NCBI GenBank assembly: GCA_004431415.1
Contig: QPMI01000667.1
Coordinates: forward strand, 32,031 to 96,030
Direction of reading: 5' to 3'
Source of the DNA: Cyanophora paradoxa CCMP329
Taxonomy: Eukaryota; Plantae; Glaucophyta
DNA length: 64,000 bases
Shown here: piece after piece, positions 11,300 through 24,384 of the stretch
How the letters are laid out: every line of letters starts with the position of its first letter
Position numbering within the stretch: position 1 is the stretch's first letter
The notes under the pieces: generated by a model
The model's input: the letters and a program-made list of their open reading frames with translations, nothing else
Databases searched by the model: none
Told to the model about the DNA's origin: nothing
Translations under genes and position numbers: made by a program

Positions 11300-13915
11300 C
11301 GGACGCTCGCGCTGAAACGAAGCTCTAGATCTGTACAACAAAAAGGCCACGACCGGTGGCCCCGCCCAAGTCACGGGGCGGGACTGGCCCCGGGGCTGGG
11401 GCCGGGGCTGGGGCCGGCGGGGCGGGGGCGGGGGCTTGGGCGGGGCACGGGGATGGGGGCGGTGGGGGCGCGGGCGGCGAGGTGGGCGAGGAAGGGGCAG
11501 GCGGGGCGGTGCGCGAGGGGCGAGAGGGCGCGGGAGAGCAGGATGCGGGTCGGGCAGGGCTTGAGGAGCGCGTCGCTGAAGCCGCCGGCCATGCACCGCG
11601 CCCGCGTCGACGCGCAGAGGCCGCGCTGCCGCCCCGCGCAACGCGTCAGCGGCCCGGCGGCGCACGGGCTCGAGCCGGGCGCTGGCCACTGACCTCCACG
11701 CCACGATGTTCTTCGGAGGCGGCGCGCCCGGCCCGGCGGCGGAGGCGGCCTCGTCGGCGCGCATCTCCCGTATCGCCTCCTGCCGGCCGGCGGCCTCAGA
11801 GGGGGTGGCGTTGGGAAGGAGGGGGGGGGGGGAAGAGGGGGGGGAGGGGGCCGAGGCCCGGGGCGCACGTGGCCGGTGAGGCGGGGCATGTCGAGATCGA
11901 GGACGACGGCGTCGTAGGCGCGCGCCCGCGTCGCCTCGAGGGCCGCCCGCCCGTCGGGGGCCAGGTCCAGGCGCCCCCCGGGGCCACAGACGACCGGGCC
12001 GAAGATGCGCTTGGCGATGAGCCGGTTCAGCGGCTGCGAGGCGGAGCGCGGCTCAGAGCGGGAGGAGAGAGAGCTGGTGCATGGCGCGGGGTGCGCGCCT
12101 CGTCGTCCGCGATCAGCACGCGGAAGCCGCAGGTGCAGGGCCCCAGGGCCGCCCCGCCCCCCGCCCGCCCGGCCGCGGCGGCGGCGGCGGCGAGGGGCTC
12201 GCCCCATCGAGGGCGCGGTGCTCGCCAGGACGGCGGGGCCGGGAGGGGCCGGGAGAAGGGGAGGCCCCGGGGTGGGCGGCGACAGGGCCTCGAGGGCCGG
12301 CGACGGGACCGGGGCCGGCGTGAAGACGGACGGCAGCTCGTAGCCGTCGAGCTGCGGCTGCGGCTCCGGGGCCGTGATCGTGATGGCGGCGTCCACCGCG
12401 TCCACCTCCTCCTCCTCCGGGCGCCCTCGTCGGAGAGCTCGCGGAGGCCGCCGCTCGCCTCCAGCGCCTCCCGCAGGCGCGCCCGCGACTGCCCGCCCTC
12501 CCCAGGTCCACCGTCGCCCGCCGCCCCCGCACCCGCCTCCCGGCGGCGCCCCCCGCGATGGCGGCGCCCCGGGGCACGGGCTGCGCGCCCGGCGCCTCGG
12601 CGGCGGCGGCAGCGAGGAGGAGCGACGCGCTGAAGGCGGGGGCCGACTCCGAGAGACGCAACGGCACCCGCGGCGGGGTAGCCGTCTCGGGGGCGAGCGG
12701 GGGAGGCGGGGGCGGGGCGGCCCCCCCGGGGGGGCTCGTGGGCGGCGACTCGGGGCGCGGGGCCGGAGCGGGAGGCGGGGGCGGGGAGGGCGCGAGGCCA
12801 GCCTGGCGGAGCTGGGCGGAGAGGGCGGAGAGTGGAGAGGGGGCCTTCCGCGGCGGCGCCCCCGCCTGCCTCCCCAGCGGCTCCCCCACCCGCTCCAGAC
12901 ACGCTGCTCGCTCCCGTGAGGGGCCGTTTCTGGGGCGGGCGATGCGGGCGGCGGGGCGAGCTCGAGCTCGGAGCGCACCACTGGAGAGCGGGCAGGGCTC
13001 GGGTGCGTGGCCCTCGGGGCTCGGCGGGGGCGCGGGGGCCCCGCGCGCTCCCGCAAAGGCGAAGCCCGGGAGCGGGCCAAGGGAGAGCGCTGCCCCGCCC
13101 AGCAGCCCGTCCGCCTCGGAGGAGGAGGCTTTCGCAACCGGGGCAGCGGCGGGGGCGGGAGCGGGGGTGGGGGCGGGGGCGCAGGGGAGCGGGCGGAGGG
13201 CGCGCGGCCGAAGCGCCGGGGCGCCCAGCGCCGGCTCCGAGGAGCAAGGGCGACCGTCATAAGAAGGCGGGCGAGGGCTGGCGCTCGAGGTACGGGGGAC
13301 GGGCTCGGGGGGTACCACCGCGAGGCGGCGGGGGGTACCCCCGTCGGCGTCGATGTCGGAGGGGGTGGGGGAGGCGCAGGAGCTGGGTGCGGCGGAGCGG
13401 GAGAGCTTGAGCATGTCAGGCAGCGCAGGCTCCGAGAGGTTGCGGCGGAAGCCTGCGGGGCGTCGGATCAGGCCGGACGAGGTCGGGGGGGGCAGAGGGG
13501 CGGGGGGGGGACCGGGGGCGGGGGCGCGGGGGCGCGGGGAGCAGGCGGCGACGAGGCGGGACACTGTCTCCGCGAGGTCCTCGTCGCTGAAGGCCACCTC
13601 GGGGCCCGCCAGGTACAGCGCCCGCGGCCCGAAGGACCCCCGAAGGCCCCGCGGCGACCCCGAGGCCCGCGCCGCCCCCGGGGCCCTCCCCAGGCCTGGC
13701 GCCGGCCCCGGGCGGGCGGCGGCCAGGCTCGGGGGCATCTGGAAGGTCGGCTGGCCGCCACGGGCACCGGCAACGATGTCTCGCCCCATCGGCCCCAGAG
13801 CGTGTGCTGCCGCTGTGATCATGATTAGGAGGAGCAAGGATCGCGCAAAACGGGGCCGTGGCCATGGGGGCGCTAGGTCTTCATAGTATTTCGACGCACC
13901 GGTTGCCATTTGCAT
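11300..13915 (-). CDS. Response-regulator receiver (REC) domain protein with a long Pro-rich N-terminal region
   Basis: FRVLIADDE|PLNRLIAKRIF...DGRAALEA...YDAVVLDLDMPRLTGH|EAIREMR...IVAWS...CMAGGFSDALLKP. Acidic pair, phospho-Asp and Lys are present. Start and end are approximate. Confidence 0.75.
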
Positions 13916-14632
13916 CGATCTCGGCTCTGGAAGCGAATCACACACTTGGCAGCGTCGATGCGTAAAGTCGCGCACGTCGCGCAGGTTTTAGAGCCTGACA
14001 CTGCGCGAGTCGATCGCTGTCACTTCGGCACTTCGGTCATGATGATCAGCGGAGCTGCAGGCAAGGCAACACAGCCCTTCCACCGAACTGTGTAATGATC
14101 ACGGTATCGATCACCGTTGTATACGATCTGGCAAGCGCTCTCACTCGAGGCCTCGGGGATTGCGCATGCTTGCCATATGCATTGCTATGCGATGAACATG
14201 AGCTGCGCATGCAGCTGTCGTGGATGGCGCCGCCGACGCCGCTGCAATCGCTTTCTTGGAGTCCGCGCAAGCGCTAGCAAGTGACAGTGATGTGCGATCG
14301 CCGCGGTCCGGCCCGGCCCGGCGCGGCGCGGCGCCACGCGCGCGCGCAGCTCCGGCAGTTAGCGCTTGGGTACCCCACCGGCTTCCCGAATCCCGAAGTT
14401 CCCGCGGCGCGCCTCTTCGCGTGTAGCGTCGCGTAGAGCTCCGTGTGTTCGGCACTGTTCGCATGCGTGTGTTCACGCCAACTTCACGCGATCGCGAAAT
14501 GTCGTCCGGCTAGAAAGGCACTAAAACTTCTAAAAGTCGAGAACCTCTAGATCTGCTGATGATTTTTTAGTGCCATGATCTGCCGAGAAGTCGGCGAGAA
14601 CCTCTAGATCTGTAGAGGAGGGTAGCGGGCCT

Positions 14633-16430
14633 TCATCGACATATGTAGGAGAAGGACATCGCACCCCCCACGCCATACCCGTTCTCCGCCGCCGGGGCCC
14701 GCGGCGGGGTACCCGCACCGATCTCCCGCGGCGGGGTACCCGCGCCGGGCTCCGGGGCCCTGCCGCCGCCGGCGCGCCCCGGCGGGGTCTCGCCCCGCGG
14801 CTGCGGCGCGGGCCCGGGCGGGGCGCGCTCGGCGCCGGAGTCGCCGGCCTCGCCGCCCTCGCCGCCCTCGCCAGCGTCGTCGCCGTCGCCGAAGAGCGCG
14901 GCCGCCACGTCCGAGCCGCCGAGCAGCGCCGCCGAGCGGTGGATCAGCTGCCGCGCGTTGAGGATCAGGTGCTCCGACCCGTGTCCTCCTCTGCGCGCGC
15001 CGCCCCGCCGGCCCGCCGTCAGCGCCGCGAGCCGCGCGCGGGGAGGGGCGGGCGCACTGGCCGCTCGGCTCGGCTCGAGGAGGATCGCCTCCACGGCCTC
15101 CCGCAGCTCCTCCCGCACCTTGCCCAGCTCCTCAGCCTGCCCGCCCCGCACCCGCACCCGCCCGCGCTCAGCCGGCCCGCAGCGTCCGGGGGCGGGCCGG
15201 GGCGGCGGGGGCGCACGAGGCGCATGAGGCCGAGGGCGAGGGTGCCGCCCTCGTTGTGCGAGGAGACGGCGGCGCGAGTCTTCTCGAGGGTGCCGAGCGC
15301 CGCCGCCTCCCAGCGCCGCAGGCCGGCGATGCGGCGCTGCGGCCAGCGCGGGAAGCCGGCGAGCCGGCACGCGCTCTTCAGCGTGGAGACAGACACCGAG
15401 AGGGCCGCCGCCGCCTCCACGATCGGCATCGAGAGGACCTGCGCCGCGCCTCGGCGGCGGTGGGCGGAGGGGCGGGGCGGGGGCGGCGCACGTCGGCGCG
15501 GGTGAGGCGGCGGGGCCCCCAGAACTCGCTGGGCTTTCCCTCGCCGCCGGGCGAGGAGAGGAACGCCGTCAACCGCGCCGAGTTGCAGTCCCGCGCCGGC
15601 GGCCCCCTCCCTGCCCCGCGCCCGCCCCGCACCCCGGCCCGGGGCACCCCCTGTCCGCCCCGCCATAGCGTCGGCCGGAGGAGGCGCGGGCGAAGGGCGG
15701 AACGGACCTCGGGCGCGGCCGCGGACGCCTCGCTCTTGCGGCGCTTCGGCGCCGAGGGCAGCACCGCGTCGCCCTCGGGGTCCCCGACTCCCCAGCGCGC
15801 CCCGCCCGCCCCCGCATCCCGCGGGTAAGGGCTGTGGAGCAGCGGAAGGGGATGATGGGCTGCGCCGTCCGAGGATGCGGCGGGCGGGGGGCCGGCGAGG
15901 GGGGAGGCGGCGCCCCAGTGCGGCGCGAAGGACGGCAGGGACGCGCCCGGCACGCCGGGGGCGGAGCTCCAGCCGGGAGGAACCCCGAACGCCGGCACCG
16001 GCGCCGAGTACGCGGCGCCCGATCCCCCTGGACCGCTGGGGTACGTGAACATGAAAGCCGGGTAGGACATCCCGGGCTGCGGCTGGGGAAGAACGTATGG
16101 CGCGGAAAAGCCGTTGAGTGCTCCGTGGGAGCCGTGCGCGGGTATGGGGTTGGATGGGTCGTTCGCGGGGAGGGGGTTGGTGGAGGGGAAGTTGATCAAG
16201 GGTGGGGCGGAACCGCCGACGTGGAAGAGACGCTGCTCGGGAGAGACGACGGTGGGGATATTGCTTGACAAGAGAGTATTCGCGGCCAGGGCGCCCGTGG
16301 GCATTGCGTAGCCCGACGGGCCGGCCGCGACGTGCGGGATAGAGCCGGGATCCGGCGGACGGAGCTCTATATTCGAGTAAGGTGAAACGCCGTGCTGCTC
16401 GTCGTCGTTGCCCGAGGTGTGCCTTGACAT
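14633..16430 (-). CDS. RWP-RK domain transcription factor
   Basis: VLSMPIVEAAAALSVSVSTLKSACRLAGFPRWPQRRIAGL at ~15320-15440; NLS-like PKRRK upstream. The 3' end is approximate. Confidence 0.85.
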
Positions 16431-17116
16431 CGCTGATTATGAGCGTATGAGAGCCCCGCAAAAAGCTGGCGCTCCAGCTGCCAGGCCGAGGCCGTGCGCT
16501 CTCCAACACCAACACGGAGCAGCGCAACACGCTGCTGCTTCTGCGACGAAAGAGAAGAAGAGCTGTCGCCGAATTCGACAGGGCGCTCAGGAGCGCGCGG
16601 TCTTTTGGAGCGGCCTTTTCGAGTTGCTTCCTAAACGAGGACGATGGACGCGCCCGAACTCGAACCGCGCGATGCGACACGCCGATGGAAGCGGATGCTG
16701 ATGCTTCCTTGCCGCCGGGGTACGTGTACCCCGCTGTATGACACGGCGGACAGTCACGCGCCAGCGCAGCGCAAGCGCCGCCGCAGCGCCGGCACAACGT
16801 CACCGCCGCATACGCAATTGCCGCTCTCTTGTGATCTTGCGCCGAATCTGGAGGCTCCGGCTCCCCTCGGCGGCCCCGCCTAGGCCTAGCCGCTGAGCGC
16901 TGCGCGCTAAGTATAGCGCTGCGCGCGCATCATGGCATGCAGTGCAGCCTAGCTGCTCCGGCAAGCTCCCCCCCGGTTGGTTAACGTTTAACCACCAACT
17001 TGGCAACCTTTCCGAAGTTCCGCTCACTTATATAATTACACAGTCTTTTGCGGCGCCAGTTAGCGCGCGCCGCAGCGGACCGGATAGAGGGCCGGGGCAA
17101 CGTTCGCCAGCTGCAG

Positions 17117-17148
<32 letters not shown>

Positions 17149-17272
17149 ACCCACCCTTCGTTCACAGCGTCGTTGCGTGCACCGCAGAGTGTAGTGTACC
17201 CGCAGACGCGTGTCACAAGCCAAGACGCGTGTTCAGTGCAAGATTGACGGGCAGATTGCGACTCGGGGCAGG

Positions 17273-18761
17273 CTACGAGGAGGATGGGGGCCGGCGGATG
17301 CCCTTGGCCTTGAAGCCGTTCCAGAAGGAGCGGGCGTCGGTGACCTTCTTGGAGGGGAGCTGCAGCTCCAGCACCTCGAGCACGCTCCCGTCGTCGCAGC
17401 GCAGCTGCAGCGCGTCGCCCCCCGGCGCCAGCGCCACCTCCAGCGGCCCCGCCCCCGCGAAGGCCGCCCCCGCCCCCGCCGGGCACCGCGTCGTCACGAT
17501 CTTCACGTTCACCCTCTGCCGCCCGGGGGCCTCAGGCGCCGCCCGGGGGCCGGCGGGGCCCGCCGCAGCGCACCTCGCCCGCGATCTCGAGGTCCGTCTT
17601 GGTGCCCGGCCAGCCGGCGAACGCCTTCACCTGGGCGCGCGCGTCGCGTCGGGCCCGAGGCGCGCGGGCGGGGCCCCGGGGCACAGGCGGACCTTGTTGT
17701 GGAGGGCGCGCGCGGGGCCCGCGAAGCTCAGCGTCGCCTCCGCCGACGAGAGCTTCGCCGCGTGGCTCACCTGCGCGTCCTCCTGCGTACCCCCCGCTCG
17801 CTTGCGGTACTCCGGAGGAAGAGGGGGAGGGGGGTGCGCGCCTGCTCGCGGAAGGAGGCGGAGCCGTCGAAGACAGAGGGGAGGGAGCGGACGAGGAGGC
17901 GGGAGCCCATGTCGAAGAGCAGCTCGAGCAGCTCTGCGGGGCGCCTCCGCGCGCGTGGGCCCAGGGGTGCGCGGAAGCGGGAGGCGGGGAGGCGGACCGG
18001 GGGCCTTCATGTCCTCGGGCATGGGGATGCGCTCCTGGGCGAGGATGGGCCCGGCGTCCATCTTCTTGACCGTGAGGAGCACCGTCACGCCCGTCTCCGC
18101 GTCGCCCTTCTCCACGCACCGCTGCCGCCGCGAGGTGAGCCGGCGCGCAGCCGCGCCCCGGCGGAGGGCGCACGGGAACGGGGGCGGCGCCGCGGTAGAG
18201 GGGAAGGAGGGAGGGGTGGATGTTGAGGGTGCCGTGGGGGGGTATGGAGAGGAAGGCATCGGGGAGGACGCAGCCGTAGGCGGCGGTGACGCAGAGGTCG
18301 GGGCGCCAGGAGCGGAGCTCCTCGAGGAAGGCCTCGTCGCGCGCCGAGGGCGGCGTCAGCACCGGCAGGCCCCGCTCCAGCGCCAGCGCGTGCACGGCCG
18401 AGTTGACGAGCTTCTGCCCGCGCCCCGACGCCGCCGGCGGCTGGCTCACCACCCCCACGACGTCCGCCGCGACGCTCTGCGACTCCAGCTCGCTCATGAT
18501 CACCTCAAGCGACCGCGCCGCGACCGGCGGCGTGCCCAGGAAGACGACCCGCTTGCGCTCGCCCGACGCCAGCACCGAGAAGCGCGCCTCCCCCGACGAC
18601 GGCCAAGACCCCCTGCCCTTCATCGTCGAGGCCGCTGACAGCCGCAGCCGCGAGCCGAAGAAGCTCGGGCTTCGCACGGCCACGAGCGAAGCTCGCTGCT
18701 GCGCCAGCGCCGCGGCAGAGAACGCGACGGCAGCCCTCGACGAGCTGACTATCACCGCCAT
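17273..18761 (-). CDS. fmt: Methionyl-tRNA formyltransferase, organelle (probably plastid) targeted
   Basis: RVVFLGTP, VVSQPP, PDLCVTAAYG, LNIHPSLLPLYRGAAPV, GVTVLLTVKKMDAGPIL, VKAFAGWPG, LELQLPSKK. Ser/Ala-rich transit peptide containing SFFG. Confidence 0.95.
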
Positions 18762-19388
18762 CTTAAACGCGCAATGTGCTGTCTCCGCTCGCCGTCCGCC
18801 GCGCGCGCCAAAGCCCGAATCTAAACCGATGAGCGCCCCGGAGATGGGCACGGCAAAGAAAGCGCGCACCAGCCTCAGTACCGGTTATCATAAGCGAGGA
18901 GCCGGCAGCGTCGGAAGCTTGCCGCCGGAATGCCGCCGTTTCTGGGTATAGCGGCTCGGAAAGAAAAAAAGGGCGTCCGCGGCCCCAGCTGCAGGGCCCG
19001 AGCACAGTACGCAGCATCCCGCGGAGGAGTTCCGCGCATCTAGCCCGCCAGTTCGGCACGCAGATTGAGGCGCGCGCACACTTTTGTCATTACTATGGTT
19101 TGCGGCTGCTGCAAGAAGACGGTGAAAGAGGCATGGAATCCTCCGAAGACGGGCCCTCCGCCTCGAAGGCCAGGTGCCCTCTTCACGCTCATTGCCTGTC
19201 TCTTTGGCCCTGATGCGACGCTCAGACTCCGACCCGCGTGGCATGAGGGCTGAGATGCAGCCGCCACAGCCCGCGATGATAAACGTGCGCTGATCAGCGA
19301 ATTATTCCCGCGCGCTGTCCGCCGTCGTCGACGCCGCCCACAGAAGCATCCGGCGGACACGAGACCAGTCCAGTTGGGGCACCCAAGC

Positions 19389-21369
19389 ATGCCGTCAGCC
19401 AAGCCCATACCTTCCGTACGAGTCTCTACCGAATCGGCCCTCACCGTCAGCTTCGAGCGCCAGCGACTAGGTCCGTTCGGAGGTTTCTGGGTCACGCGCG
19501 TGCTCGCTGAGCGAGCCCGACGGCGTACCTCAGACAAGTGCGATGTGCCGCCGGTAACGCCTAGGGTGCGCGGCCGTGCCCGGCGCGGGCGGCGGGGGCC
19601 GGCCTGACGCCCCGCAGATGATGGTGGAGGACGTGGAGCTGAAGGGCTGCTACGAGGCGGACGAGCTGGACGCGCCCGTCGTATTCTGCGTCGGTGGGAT
19701 GACCCCGCGGCGCTCGATGGCCCCGCGCCCCATCGATGCCGACCCGATGCCGCCACCTCCGCCCCGCTTCGACGCCGACGCGACCCCGCGCCGCTACGAG
19801 GACGACGTCCGCCTGCCCCGTCCCGCCCCAGCGCCGGCGCCCGCCGCTGACGCGCGCTCCGGGCCGCAGGACGACTCCTCGGCTGGCTTCTCGCCCGTCT
19901 CCCCGGCGGGGCTCCCCGAGGCCCACTCCGCGACCCCCGTCAAGCGTGCGCAGCCGCGCCCGGCCTACGCCCCGCCCCGCCCCGCCCGCGCCGAGCGCGC
20001 CGCCCGCAGAGGACTTTGGGGCGATTGCGGAGGGGCGGAGGGCGAGCGCGGGCGCGCTGCACGCGGCAGCTGCGGCCGACCCGCAGGCGGTCGAGGAGGC
20101 GGCTGCGCGGCGGGGCAGCCTGCGGGGCGGGCCCATCCCGCCCACCGTGATGCCGTACAACCTGCCTATCTGCACGGGCCACAACGAGAACGAGGACCGG
20201 ACCGTGCAGGCGATGTTCTCCTTCGCCAACGAGGACGGTGCGCGCCGCCCGGCCGCGCCCCTCCCCCATCGCCCTCGCGCCCCGGCGATCCTCTCGGGCC
20301 TCCCCCAGGCTGGACCTTTGCGAAGGAGCAGGGCGGGATGCGGGCGTACAAGCGCTGGTCGGACATCCACGCGCACGGGAACCACGGGCCCCTCATCCTC
20401 GTCAAGAGTCCGCCCCGCCCCGCCCCGTCCACACCCCCGCCCCCTCCTCCCCGCCAGTCGCCCAGCTCACCCCCCCCCGCAGCCGTGACAGTCATCAACG
20501 CCAACCGGAAGCAGCTCTGGCGCTTCTTCTCCGTGCGCCCCGCCTCGCCCCCGCCCTCTGAACCCCTCGCCCCGCCTGCTGACGGGGGCGGGGGCCGGCA
20601 GGAGTACCCCTCGTGCATCTCGGAGTGCTACGAGACGTTCAGGAAGGGCCACATTGTCGAGCGCATTCGCAGCGCCCCCTGGGACCTGCACGAGGCACGC
20701 CCGCCTCTCGCCCCGCGCCGCCCCCGCATCCGAGCCCGCGCGCCCCGCGCCGAGCAGGTCCGCTACATGGAGATCAAGTACCCCTTCCCCCTCTCGAACC
20801 GCGACTCGATCATCTCCTCCATCGTCCGCGTCGTCGTGCGCGCCCCGCGCCCGGGCGGGGGCCGGTGCGCCCGGGCGCCGCCTGATCGCGCGCTGCGCCG
20901 GCAGGACGACCACTTTGTGATGGCGAACCTGGAGGCGCTGCGGCCGGACCTGCCCCCCAAGCGCGGCCTCGTCCGCGCCTCCGTCCAGCGTCCGCCCCCG
21001 CCGCCCCGCTCCGCTCCGCGCAGCAGGCGCTCGCTGACCTCGGCCTCGCCCGGCAGTCTCCGGGTACGTCGGGATGCCGCTGCCCGAGGACAGCTCCAAG
21101 ACCATCCTCATCTCCGTCCTCCACACCGACTCCAAGGCGCGCCGGCCCGCCCCGCCCCGAGCCCCCCGCCCTCGCACTCACCCCCGTGCAGTTCGACATC
21201 CCCATCCCCGCCGAGAAGCTCATGAGCGAGCAGGTGCCCTCCCCGGGGCCGCCCGCCTCGACCCCGCTGAGGCAGGGCGGGCGCGCAGGTCAAGCACTCG
21301 TTCGACCTCGCCCGCGTGAAGGCCGCCATCGAGAAGCGCGTCGCCGCCGGCCAGCTCCCCGCCGACTGA
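19389..21369 (+). CDS. START (lipid-binding) domain protein; multi-exon
   Basis: GWTFAKEQGGMRAYKR, VRYMEIKYPFPLSNRDSII, PDLPPKRGLVRA and SGYVGMP...TIL..VLHTD match the START pattern (P.P...RD; P...G.VRA). The start is uncertain. Confidence 0.8.
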
Positions 21370-21841
21370 CCCCGCCCGCCCCGCTCGATCATCTCTCCGC
21401 TTGTCCGCCCCGCCCCAGTCGGCGGAGTTGCCTAGGCCACCATCATCTCCCGCTCAGCTTAGCCAGGTATACGTAGGGCCAACCCACATAAGAGCGCGCA
21501 GATTATGCGCGATATCTCCGTCCGTTTATTGTTGTCTCTTGTTTCAAACGTAGTATTCACAACAGGCCATACCTATCGATATCGAATTGAATTTCTGGCA
21601 GCGCCCTCCTGCTGCGAAGCCAACGACACTGCCGGCGCGAAGTCGTACCGTAGTACTCCAGACATGTTTTGCAAGCACTGCGGCATGTCACAGTGCTCCG
21701 CTGGATGCGTCGCTTTCGACCAGCGCTAGCCGGACCGTAGTCGAGCGATGAGCGACCGCCGGGCGCGCGCAGCCGCCGCGCGGCCGCGCACGCATCCCTT
21801 CCATGGATGTCAATGAGCCGAGTACTCCTTGGCGGCACGCT

Positions 21842-22290
21842 TCATTCCGTCTTCTTCGCCGCCCGAGCGCCCGCAGCATCGCCTCCCGCTGCCGCACTCG
21901 TGCCCGCAGCTGCGTCCGCCGCGGCAGGCGCTGCAGGCGCTGGCTGAACCTTGGCCAGCTCGAGCATGAACCTTTCCGGCGCGCGCTGTGTGAGCGATGG
22001 GGCATTCGCTACAGCGGCGGCGCTTGCGCGGGCGGCACGAACCAGTTGACAGAGAGCGCGAGGCCCACGACGAGGAAGAGCACGACGTACACGTGATACG
22101 AGAACGTGCCGGACCACCACATGCACGCGAGGCACAGCAGAATGCCGACGAAGACCTGCGGCGCGACGCGTCGGCGGCGCGCGGAGCGGCCGGGAGCGCT
22201 TCGACGCACCTTGTTCAGAAACGGGAGGATGCCGGGCCCGATGCCGGGTTGCAGGAGCGTGTTCGCGAGGCGCTCGCCGAAGTCGGCCAT
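21842..22290 (-). CDS. PKR1: Pkr1-family ER membrane protein (V-ATPase assembly factor)
   Basis: MADFGERLANTLLQPGIGPGILPFLNK|VFVGILLCLACMWWSGTFSYHVYVVLFLVVGLALSVNW|FMLELAK...AAKKTE*. Two TM helices, conserved His, WF..EL and a C-terminal KKxx. Confidence 0.7.
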
Positions 22291-22526
22291 GTTGCGAGTG
22301 TCACAGCTGCTCGCGGATGTCTCCGGTGGATCAGAGCACAACTAGAGCGGAGCGTGAAAAGACCCGCGTTGGGTTCGGGGTTCAAGGGTGTCCGTCAGGG
22401 GTACCGTGAGATTCGGTGGTCAGAAGCGCATCCGAGTCTTTGGTTCGTTTGAGCTGTCCGCCGCGGGTTGAAATCGTCGCAGCTAACCAGCATCGCCCAC
22501 CCGGCACCGCCGATCTATCGCGTCCC

Positions 22527-24384
22527 ATGGAGTCCGTCGCGGCCTTTGCATGCGCCGTGCCGTTCACGGCCCGGCCGGTCTCGCAGCCGGTCGCCGCTGT
22601 TTGCTCTTCGTCCAATTCGGTGAAACGTTCTGTTCGCAAGGGCCGGCTGATCCCGGGCGCTGCCTTCTTCGCCAGCGACGTCCCCTCGGTCTCGTTCAGC
22701 GCGGGGCAGTTCTTCGGCGCGACTTCTGCGCTCGCAGCGCGGTGTAGCGATGATAGCTCCAGCGCCAAGCAGCTCGTGCCGATCGTCACCGCGTCAGCCA
22801 GCGGTTCGGCGGCCAGCAAGGACGCCGTCATCGATCAGTTCACGTCCAACGTGATGACGACGTATGCGCGCTACCCGCTGGTGATGGTGAAGGGCCAGGA
22901 CAGCCGCCTGTGGGACATCGAGGGCAAGGAGTACCTCGACTTCGTGGCCGGCATCGCGACTTGCTCCCTCGGGCACGCGCACCCCAACCTTGTCAAGGCC
23001 GTCGCGGAGCAGATCGCGACCGTCAACCACGTCTCAAACCTCTACTACACGCCGTCCCAGGTCCGTCGGGCCCGCGGGCCGCGCCCTGCCGTGCGAGACC
23101 CCCGACCCGGCGCCTTCCCAGAGCAACCTGGCGAAGCGGATAGTGGACTGCTCGATCGCGGACCGCGTCTTCTTCTGCAACTCGGGCGCGGAGGCGAACG
23201 AGGCGGCGATCAAGCTGGCGCGCAAGTACGCGCACACCAAGCTCGGCATCGCGGAGCCGGTGATCATCACTGCGCACGCCTCCTTCCACGGGCGCACGCT
23301 GGCGACGATTACGGCGACGGGGCAGCCGAAGTACCAGCAGGACTTCGAGCCGCTCATGCCGGGCTTCGAGTACGTCGAGTACAACAACGTGGACGACCTG
23401 GAGAAGGCTGTGAAGCGCATCAACGCGAACGGGCCGCGGCTCGCCGGCATCCTCATGGAGGCGCTGCAGGGCGAGGGCGGCGTGCGCCCCGGGGACCGCG
23501 CCTTCTTCGCGCGCGTGCGGGAGATCTGCAACGAGACGGGCGCCCTCATGATGATGGACGAGGTCCAGGTCGGCGTCGGCCGCACCGGCAAGGCCCGCAG
23601 CCCCCCCCTCTCTCCTTTCCTTTCCTTTCCTTCTGTTTCCTGAAAACTCCTTTTCCGGCTGCAGATGTGGGGGTACGAGAACCTGGGCATCGCGGGCGGC
23701 CCCGACGTCTTCTCGACCGCTAAGGGCCTCGGCGGCGGCGTCCCGATCGGCGCCATGGGCTGCAAGGTGCCCCCGCACACCCGCCCATCCCTCCCCTCGG
23801 ATGCCGCGGCTGATCTGCCCCACCTCCTCAGGCCTTCTGCGACGTGCTGACGCCGGGGACGCACGCGAGCACGTTCGGAGGCAACCCGCTGGCGTGCTCG
23901 GCGGCCCTCGCGGTCTTCGACACTATCGAGAAGGAGGGCCTGCTCGCCAACGTCGCCGCCCGCGGCGAGCAGCTCAAGCGCGCCTGCCAGGCCCTCCAGG
24001 CCAAGTCCGCCCCTCCCGCGCCCCTGCCTCCCCCCCCCTCCCCGCCTCGTGAGCCGAGCCTCGCTCGCGCGCGCGCAGGTACCCCAAGCTGGTGACGGAC
24101 TACCGGGGCTGGGGCCTGATCGCCGGCCTGCAGCTTTCCGAGGCCGTCGCCATCCAGGCCTCGGACGTCATCTCCCTCGCCACCCAGCAGGTGCCCTGCC
24201 CCGCCCGCGCTGTCCCGCCCCTGGGCCCCGCGAGCCGGGGCCGGCGCAGGGCCTGCTGCTGGTGCCGGCCGGCCCGAAGGTGGTCCGCGCGGTGCCACCC
24301 CTGGTGGTCACGGAGGCGCAGATGGACGCCGCAATGGCCAAGCTCGACACAGTGTTCGGCGAGCTCTCCAAGCAGTACGCGTGA
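22527..24384 (+). CDS. argD: Acetylornithine aminotransferase (class III PLP), plastid-targeted
   Basis: [81 protein letters not shown]-terminal transit peptide [13 protein letters not shown]. Confidence 0.96.
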
